From an uncultured Bacteroidales bacterium (lineage in GTDB: Bacteria > Bacteroidota > Bacteroidia > Bacteroidales > PWNQ01): DNA of 64,000 nt. Made by a program: the position numbers and the translations under genes. The DNA is taken from contig CAYZDA010000007.1 of assembly GCA_964477095.1 (NCBI GenBank), forward strand, positions 13,446-77,445, read 5' to 3'. The notes under the pieces were generated by a model, which saw nothing but the letters and a program-made list of their open reading frames with translations, was not told the origin of the DNA and did not search any database. Positions 58,006-64,000 of this stretch are shown in pieces. Within the stretch, counting starts at the first letter, position 1. Each line of letters begins with the position of its first letter.

Positions 58006-59418
58006 ATGAACAGGACAATTCAGGTTTTAAAATATATCGTATCCGATTATTTGACGGCTACCCTGGCCTGGGGAACCTTTTTTATCTTCAGGAAACATTA
58101 CTTTTCTGCTGAAACTTTCGACTGGAACCTGGTTTTTGATGATCCGAAGTTTTATCTGGGTATCACCATTATCCCTATAAGCTGGCTCATTTTTTATGCA
58201 CTGATGGGAACCTACCGGAAAATATACCGGAAATCCAGGTTGAAAGAACTCGGGCAAACGCTGCTGTTATCTGCTATTGGGGTTACCATTATATTCTTTA
58301 CCCTTATCCTGAATGACTTCGTTACTTCCTATAAAGGATATTACCAGTTTGTGCTTATTTTGTTTGTATTGCATTTTTCCCTCACATTTCTCGGCAGGTT
58401 TATTCTGTCATCCATCACCGCGCATAAAGTCCACAACCGGATAATAGGTTTCCCCACATTGATCATTGGCTCAAACGGAAATGCCACAAGCATTTATAAG
58501 GAAATTGAAAACCAGGAAAAATCCTCGGGAAATAAATTCGTTGGTTTTGTGCATGTGAATGGAGCCAGTGACTTTATGCTGGAACAATACCTTCCCCATC
58601 TCGGGCATTATAAAGATATTAAACAAGTGATACAGGAGCACAGGATCGAGGAAGTTATAATTGCCATTGATCCTGAAGAGCACCGCTCGGTGTTTAATAT
58701 TATCACTGAGCTGCAGGGAACAGGGCTGGTGATTAAAATAATCCCGGATATGCATGATATCCTGCTGGGCACGGTAAAAATGACATCCATTTTCCATGCT
58801 CCGCTCATCCATATTTATCCCGACCTGATGCCCGCCTGGCAGCAAAGCCTAAAACGTATTATTGATATTACTGCCAGTGTGTTCGCGCTGATCCTGTTGC
58901 TGCCCGTTTACCTGCTCACGGCTGCTATCATCAAGCTTACATCCCGGGGTCCGGTATTCTATTCCCATGAAAGGATCGGGCTGCATGGCAAGCCATTCAC
59001 CATGCATAAGTTCCGCTCAATGTATCAGGATGCTGAAACCAACGGCCCGCAGTTATCCTCAGAAAATGATCCGCGGATTACAAAGTTCGGACGCTTTATG
59101 CGACAGGTCCGTCTGGATGAAACGCCGCAGTTCTGGAATGTTCTTATCGGCAATATGTCGCTGGTGGGATACCGCCCCGAGCGGCAGCACTATATCGATC
59201 AGATCATTCAAAAGGCGCCGCATTACCGTTTGCTGTTTAAAATAAAACCGGGTATCACTTCCTGGGGACAGGTGAAATTCGGATATGCCGAAAATGTGGA
59301 CGAAATGATCGAACGCCTGAAATATGATATCCTTTATCTTGAAAATATGTCGCTGGCCACCGATTTTAAGATTATGATCTATACCGTGCTCATCGTTATG
59401 CTTGGCAGGGGAAAGTAA
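58006..59418 (+). CDS. Polyprenyl-phosphate glycosyl-phosphotransferase (WbaP/EpsB-type priming sugar transferase)
   Basis: Four N-terminal TM helices, a central CoA-binding-like domain, and a C-terminal bacterial sugar transferase core (KRIIDI..PVFYSHERIG..FTMHKFRSM..DPRITKFGRFMRQVRLDETPQFWNVLIGNMSLVGYRPE). Confidence 0.85.
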   Translation: MNRTIQVLKYIVSDYLTATLAWGTFFIFRKHYFSAETFDWNLVFDDPKFYLGITIIPISWLIFYALMGTYRKIYRKSRLKELGQTLLLSAIGVTIIFFTLILNDFVTSYKGYYQFVLILFVLHFSLTFLGRFILSSITAHKVHNRIIGFPTLIIGSNGNATSIYKEIENQEKSSGNKFVGFVHVNGASDFMLEQYLPHLGHYKDIKQVIQEHRIEEVIIAIDPEEHRSVFNIITELQGTGLVIKIIPDMHDILLGTVKMTSIFHAPLIHIYPDLMPAWQQSLKRIIDITASVFALILLLPVYLLTAAIIKLTSRGPVFYSHERIGLHGKPFTMHKFRSMYQDAETNGPQLSSENDPRITKFGRFMRQVRLDETPQFWNVLIGNMSLVGYRPERQHYIDQIIQKAPHYRLLFKIKPGITSWGQVKFGYAENVDEMIERLKYDILYLENMSLATDFKIMIYTVLIVMLGRGK

Positions 59419-59567
59419 AAATCCAGGCGGCCTCTCGCTTCTACTATGTGCCCTGATCTATTACCATGCAAAACCATCTGCCACTGCCAATGTCACTAAC
59501 TCAAATAAAACATTAAACATTTGATGTCCATTATAGTTAAATTTTAGTACCTTCGTCGATGTTGGCA

Positions 59568-59575
59568 TAATTTTG
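59568..59575 (+). promoter_or_regulatory. TAnnTTTG -7 element upstream of the DUF4294 gene
   Basis: taattttg, 76 nt before the ATG at 59651. Confidence 0.45.
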
Positions 59576-59650
59576 GACAATGTGTAATCCGTTGTTAAAT
59601 CCAGCATGGAAATTCAACTATATGAATAACTGTGTAATAATACAGAACTT

Positions 59651-60253
59651 ATGAAACGGATATTTTTTTCAGCTGTACTGATAACTTTGATTTTCATGAG
59701 CATAAGCGCCACCGCCCAGCGTGATGATGATGATCTGATCGTTGTGCCGGCCCGTGTGGATAATGGTGATACTACTGTTTTACTGAAGTTGCAGGAGGTT
59801 ACCATTTTTTCACCCCTGGTGTTTGAGAGCAAACGCGAAAAAAGGAAATTTTACAAGCTCGTGGCCCATGTGAAAAAGACTTATCCATATGCCAGGCTGG
59901 CAGGTATCGAATTCAATAAGGTAGAAGCGGAACTAGACAGTGCCTCCAGCTATCGCGAACGTCGTAAAATTGCAAAAAAGGTGGAAAAGAAAATCATGGC
60001 ACGCTATGAAGATGAACTGAAAAAACTGAACTTCACCCAGGGCCGTATCCTGATAAAGCTTATCGATCGTGAAACCAGGCATACTTCCTACGCCATCCTG
60101 CAGGAGATGCGCGGACGGTTAATAGCCGGATTCTGGCAGGGCCTCGGTAAACTGTTTGGCTACAACCTTAAAGAAGGTTATGATCCGGAAAACAATGAAT
60201 TCGACCATGATATCGAAACTATTGTACAAATGATAGAAGCCGGTGTGATATAA
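59651..60253 (+). CDS. DUF4294 domain-containing protein
   Basis: Signal peptide. VKKTYPYARLA...LNFTQGRILIKLIDRETRHTSYAILQEMRG...FWQGLGKLFGYNLKEGYDP matches my recollection of the DUF4294 consensus. Confidence 0.65.
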   Translation: MKRIFFSAVLITLIFMSISATAQRDDDDLIVVPARVDNGDTTVLLKLQEVTIFSPLVFESKREKRKFYKLVAHVKKTYPYARLAGIEFNKVEAELDSASSYRERRKIAKKVEKKIMARYEDELKKLNFTQGRILIKLIDRETRHTSYAILQEMRGRLIAGFWQGLGKLFGYNLKEGYDPENNEFDHDIETIVQMIEAGVI

Positions 60254-60266
60254 AGCAGAAGAAAAA

Positions 60267-60302
60267 AAGAGATGCACCAAAATGATGCATCTCTTTTTTT
60301 TT
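60267..60302. terminator. Bidirectional intrinsic terminator between the convergent DUF4294 gene and clpX
   Basis: aaaaaaagagatgca-ccaaaatga-tgcatctcttttttttt. A-run and T-run flank a 9-10 bp stem. Confidence 0.8.
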
Positions 60303-60319
60303 CCTGATAATCCAATTAC

Positions 60320-61579
60320 CTATGCTACCCTCAGCCGGGCAATGTTAGTTTTCTCCAGTTGCTTACGCACATAAGGAATATCCACATGCAATTCCCGCTG
60401 TTTAATCTCCATTTCCGAAGGCATCTCAAACATGGCATCATTCAGAATGGCCTCCAGCATGGAGCGCAAACCTCGTGCTCCCAGGCCGAATTCAATGGCT
60501 TTATCAGCTATGTATTCATACACCCCTTCTTCAAACACGAGCTTGATATTATCCAGTTCAAACAAATAAATAAACTGCTTCACTACTGAATTCCGGGGTT
60601 CGGTAAGAATTTGAGTCAGTGTGCCTTTATCCAGCGGATTCATATAGGTAACCACAGGAAGGCGGCCAACGATTTCAGGTATGAGTCCGAAGCTTTTCAG
60701 GTCCTGTGGAGCAACATACTGTAGCAGGTTGCTCCTGTCAATAATCGCATCCTTAGCTGATTTGTTGAATCCGATCACATTTGTTCTCAAACGGCTGGCG
60801 ATTTTCTTTTCAATGCCGTCGAAAGCACCACCGGCCAGAAATAAGATATTTTCAGTGTTCACCTGTATCATTTTCTGCTCAGGATGCTTACGCCCGCCCT
60901 GGGGCGGTACATTTACTGTGGTTCCTTCCAGCAGCTTCAGCAATGCCTGTTGCACCCCTTCACCGGAAACATCACGGGTGATGGACGGATTATCGCTTTT
61001 GCGGGCTATCTTATCTATCTCATCAATAAAAACAATTCCTTTTTCTGCTTTGGCCACATCATAATCGGCAGCCTGCAACAAGCGCGAGAGGATACTCTCC
61101 ACATCCTCGCCCACATAGCCTGCCTCGGTGAGCACCGTGGCATCAGCAATACAGAAAGGTACATCCAGCATACGTGCAATAGTACGCGCCATCAGAGTTT
61201 TTCCCGTGCCTGTTTCGCCCAATAAAATGATGTTGGATTTTTCTATTTCCACCTCCGCCTCCGATGCCGGGCGGCTATTCTTCTTCGATAGTTCAATCAC
61301 TCGCTTGTAGTGATTGTAAACGGCCACCGACAAAACCCTTTTGGCCTGCTCCTGGCCAATAACATAATGATCCAGGTATTGCTTTATTTCCTGGGGACGC
61401 TTCAATTTCAGTTGTCCAACCTCATCTTTCCCTGAAGAAGTCAGCTCTTCGTCAACGATCTCATGGGCCTGGGTTACACAGTAATCACAAATGTTACCCT
61501 GTATCCCCGAGATCAGCATATTCACATCCTTGCGTTCTCTTCCGCAAAACGAACAATGTTCAGATTCTTTTTTTGCCAT
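60320..61579 (-). CDS. clpX: ATP-dependent Clp protease ATP-binding subunit ClpX
   Basis: Zn-binding CSFCGR...CDYC, Walker [14 protein letters not shown], Walker [11 protein letters not shown], and the pore loop / IGF region. Confidence 0.95.
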   Translation of the reverse strand: MAKKESEHCSFCGRERKDVNMLISGIQGNICDYCVTQAHEIVDEELTSSGKDEVGQLKLKRPQEIKQYLDHYVIGQEQAKRVLSVAVYNHYKRVIELSKKNSRPASEAEVEIEKSNIILLGETGTGKTLMARTIARMLDVPFCIADATVLTEAGYVGEDVESILSRLLQAADYDVAKAEKGIVFIDEIDKIARKSDNPSITRDVSGEGVQQALLKLLEGTTVNVPPQGGRKHPEQKMIQVNTENILFLAGGAFDGIEKKIASRLRTNVIGFNKSAKDAIIDRSNLLQYVAPQDLKSFGLIPEIVGRLPVVTYMNPLDKGTLTQILTEPRNSVVKQFIYLFELDNIKLVFEEGVYEYIADKAIEFGLGARGLRSMLEAILNDAMFEMPSEMEIKQRELHVDIPYVRKQLEKTNIARLRVA

Positions 61580-61651
61580 ATAATATTCTCAGAAGTAAAC
61601 CGGGAGATATATCAAAATCCATGATTCTGACAGATCTTCCGGTGAGTTTTT

Positions 61652-62347
61652 TTATTTGTTGTCTCCGACTTTCCTGGGGCTGCGTTCCAGTACTTCGTCG
61701 ATCATGCCATATTCTTTGGCCTCTTTAGCCGTCATCCAGTAATCGCGGTCGGAATCCCTTTCAATCTTCTCAAAATCCTGCCCGCTGTGCCTGGCGATGA
61801 TCTCATACAGTTCCTTCTTCATCTTCAAAATCTCACGCGCCGTGATCTCAATGTCAGAAGCCTGCCCCTGTGCTCCGCCCATGGGCTGATGGATCAGCAC
61901 CCTGGAGTGGGGCAGCGCGGTGCGCTTACCATCCTGTCCGGAGCAAAGGATCACTGCACCCATGGATGCCGCCATGCCAGTTACGATCGTGGCCACATCA
62001 GGTGAGATGTACTGCATGGTGTCATAAATGCCAAGCCCGGCATAAACCGAACCACCTGGTGTATTCAGGTAAATCTGGATATCTTTGGAGGAATCCGCCG
62101 ACTCCAAAAACAAGAGCTGCGCCTGTATGATATTAGCCACATTGTCATCAATCGGAACACCCAGAAAAATAATGCGGTCCATCATCAGGCGTGAAAACAC
62201 GTCCATTTGTGCCACATTTAGCTGGCGCTCTTCAATAATTGTCGGGTTAATATATCCTGATACGGCAGCAGAATACTGATCATAGGCCAGACTGCTGATT
62301 CCCCGGTGCTTTACAGCATACTTGCGAAATTCATTTGGATTGCTCAT
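61652..62347 (-). CDS. clpP: ATP-dependent Clp protease proteolytic subunit ClpP
   Basis: RIIFLGVPIDD, catalytic Ser context GMAASMGAV, and catalytic His context VLIHQPMGG. Confidence 0.95.
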   Translation of the reverse strand: MSNPNEFRKYAVKHRGISSLAYDQYSAAVSGYINPTIIEERQLNVAQMDVFSRLMMDRIIFLGVPIDDNVANIIQAQLLFLESADSSKDIQIYLNTPGGSVYAGLGIYDTMQYISPDVATIVTGMAASMGAVILCSGQDGKRTALPHSRVLIHQPMGGAQGQASDIEITAREILKMKKELYEIIARHSGQDFEKIERDSDRDYWMTAKEAKEYGMIDEVLERSPRKVGDNK

Positions 62348-62349
62348 AA

Positions 62350-63732
62350 TTAATTTTTACTGTTTTTTTCCTGAGCTAATTTAACAAAATCTTCGTAAGA
62401 AATGTTCTTTTCGTCGATGGTGATCTTTTCTTTGAACACATCAGTAAGTTTTTTCTCATAAAGCTGGTCATAGATCTGGTTCGTTTGCTTTTCATTCTGC
62501 ATCACCGTCTCAGCCAGTTGATCCATCTGTTCACTCATCTCATCAGTCTGCGGCATACCCATTTGCATGGAAAGAAACTCCTTCACCTTCTCCTTTACCT
62601 CATCCTTACTCACACTTAATTCGTTGTCGCTGATGAGCTTATTCTGCAGCAACTGCCACTTCATTCCTTCAGCATACTGCTCGTAATTATTTTCTATATC
62701 TTCTTCCGACAGACGCTCGTGTTCTTCCATATTGCGGTTGCTTTCCTTCAACCAGCGTTTCATAAATTCATCCGGAAGTTTGATGTTTGCTTTTTCTTTC
62801 AAAATATCCACCACATCACCAAAGAACATTTTCTCACTTTCATTCACCAGCGATTCTGAAGAATCACGACGGATACGCTCGCGCAGCTCTTCTTCTGTCT
62901 TGATCTCATCACCCTGGTAAACCTTTGCAAACAGTTCTTCATCAAGCCCGGCAGGTTTCACGCGGGTAATGCTGGTGATAGTAGCGCGATAATCAGCCTT
63001 CAGCTTATCTTCATCACTTCTGTCAATTCCCAGCATGGCAGCCACATCGCCTTCATCCTTGAAAGTGCGCAAAGGATTCAGGTCAACAACATCGCCAACC
63101 CTGGCACCCATGAACTTGCTCTTATAGGTTTTAAGCTGCATTTTGTCCACGGCAAAAGGAGCATTATTTTCCACACCCTCTTCCACTTCATTACCGTTCT
63201 CATCCAATTGCTTAAAGTCGGCATACACCACATCCGTTTCTTCCTCCACAGTTTCAGGATTGATGCGTTCGCCGTAATTCTTGCGGATGTCCTGCAGATA
63301 ATTATCCACCATTTTGTCATCCACCTCAATATTATAATACTCAGCCTTTATATTCTCATCCAGGGTCACATCCATTTCCGGCTGCAGGGCAATGTCAAAA
63401 TAAAATTCAAATTCCTTTGAGTTCTCCACGTCAAACTTTGGGTCTCTGTCTTCGCTTGGCAGCGGGTTACCCAGTGTTTCCAGCTTGTTATCCATGATGT
63501 ATTTACCCAGCGCGGAAGAAATCAGGTTATTCACCTCATCCACAATCACAGCCGTGCCATACATTTTTTTCACCATACCCATGGGCACTTTCCCTGGGCG
63601 GAAGCCGGGCATCTGAACCTTTTTCCTGTAGTCTTTCAGTTTTTTATCGACCAATTCCCTGTAATCGTCTTCCTTAACTTCAACTTTCAGAACTGCTGTC
63701 AGTTCGCCGGTATCTTCTCTTGTGATGTTCAT
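62350..63732 (-). CDS. tig: Trigger factor
   Basis: Ribosome-binding signature MPGFRPGKVP. 460 aa. Lies directly upstream of clpP-clpX in the canonical tig-clpP-clpX order. Confidence 0.9.
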   Translation of the reverse strand: MNITREDTGELTAVLKVEVKEDDYRELVDKKLKDYRKKVQMPGFRPGKVPMGMVKKMYGTAVIVDEVNNLISSALGKYIMDNKLETLGNPLPSEDRDPKFDVENSKEFEFYFDIALQPEMDVTLDENIKAEYYNIEVDDKMVDNYLQDIRKNYGERINPETVEEETDVVYADFKQLDENGNEVEEGVENNAPFAVDKMQLKTYKSKFMGARVGDVVDLNPLRTFKDEGDVAAMLGIDRSDEDKLKADYRATITSITRVKPAGLDEELFAKVYQGDEIKTEEELRERIRRDSSESLVNESEKMFFGDVVDILKEKANIKLPDEFMKRWLKESNRNMEEHERLSEEDIENNYEQYAEGMKWQLLQNKLISDNELSVSKDEVKEKVKEFLSMQMGMPQTDEMSEQMDQLAETVMQNEKQTNQIYDQLYEKKLTDVFKEKITIDEKNISYEDFVKLAQEKNSKN

Positions 63733-63756
63733 ATAATCAGTTTTAATGATGTTATT

Positions 63757-63786
63757 TTAAAACAAAGCCCGGGCACAACCCGGGCA
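63757..63786 (-). terminator. Hairpin terminator downstream of tRNA-Leu, upstream of tig
   Basis: On the minus strand gcccggg-ttgtg-cccgggc is followed by tttgtttt. Confidence 0.6.
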
Positions 63787-63790
63787 ATAG

Positions 63791-63872
63791 TGCGGATGGA
63801 GGGACTCGAACCCACACGCCCGAAGGCACCAGATCCTAAGTCTGGCGCGTCTACCAATTCCGCCACATCCGC
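63791..63872 (-). tRNA. tRNA-Leu (anticodon UAG), class II with long variable arm, CCA not encoded
   Basis: Reverse complement reads GCGGATG-TG-GCGGAATTGGTAGACGC-G-CCAGA-CTTAGGA-TCTGG-TGCCTTCGGGCGT-GTGGGTTCGAGTCCCTC-CATCCGC-A. The 7-bp acceptor stem pairs, the anticodon loop is CT-TAG-GA, and the T-loop is TTCGAGT. Confidence 0.9.
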
Positions 63873-63892
63873 GAGGCATTGATTTGGGCGTG

Positions 63893-63900
63893 CAAATATA
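63893..63900 (-). promoter_or_regulatory. TAnnTTTG -7 element upstream of tRNA-Leu
   Basis: Minus strand reads tatatttg, 21 nt before the mature tRNA 5' end. Confidence 0.5.
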
Positions 63901-63953
63901 CTAAAATTTAAGAGAATGTAGCTATATCCCCATCTTTTTTCTACTAATTATTT

Positions 63954-64000
63954 GGGCAGCTACGCCTGCCCTGCCCACGGGCCCGCCCCGGCAGGCTATC
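63954..64000. repeat. GC-rich element at the window edge, possibly the same family as the 46.0-46.4 kb repeats (truncated by the window end)
   Basis: gggcagctacgcctgccctgcccacgggcccgccccggcaggctatc shares the blocks ggcagcta / cctgcc / cac(a/g)gg / ccggcagg(t/c)(a/t)at with 46078-46130 and 46296-46309. Confidence 0.45.

Noticed and set aside
1-64000. Search for CRISPR arrays, IS elements, integrases, prophage, toxin-antitoxin or known defence-system genes
   Set aside because: I found no regularly spaced direct repeats, no transposase, recombinase or phage-like ORFs, and no small paired ORFs with TA-like features. The only dispersed repeats are the GC-rich elements reported in the findings.

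Overview
This 64 kb window reads as a densely coding, mostly housekeeping chromosomal segment of a Bacteroidota genome. The phylum assignment rests on three things: recurrent TAnnTTTG -7 promoter motifs just upstream of genes, several proteins ending in type IX secretion (T9SS) C-terminal sorting domains, and PorQ-like, GWxTD, DUF2807, DUF349 and DUF4294 genes. I support 43 CDS (one 5'-partial), one tRNA-Leu(UAG), several intrinsic terminators and a GC-rich structured repeat cluster.

Core genes include rpsA, ispH, rnz, aroK, rlmB, rlmD, iorAB, acpH, yjbQ, pcm and the tig-clpP-clpX block. Envelope and secretion genes include two tandem gingipain-like C25 peptidases carrying CUB-like and MAM modules, other T9SS cargo, two TonB-dependent receptors, an O-antigen ligase-like protein, a priming sugar transferase and a patatin/beta-barrel fusion. 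Four PAS/TPR histidine-kinase-type sensors are present.

I see no transposase, integrase, phage genes, CRISPR array, rRNA, or recognisable defence or toxin-antitoxin module. I cannot point to a convincing novel multi-gene system.

The most unusual items are:
- A catalytically dead hybrid-kinase paralog (H-box His replaced by Gln, degenerate ATP lid, pseudo-receiver) sitting 2 nt upstream of an intact TPR sensor kinase.
- Metazoan-type CUB and MAM modules on tandem C25 proteases.
- An N-terminally truncated DnaB paralog that lacks the arginine-finger motif.
- A PAS kinase with a five-Cys cluster.
- Long E/K-rich disordered extensions on ribosomal protein S1 and on a DUF349 protein.
- A GC-rich palindromic repeat family in an otherwise AT-rich intergenic context.

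All family assignments come from reading motifs in the translated ORFs by eye. No HMM or BLAST search was run.
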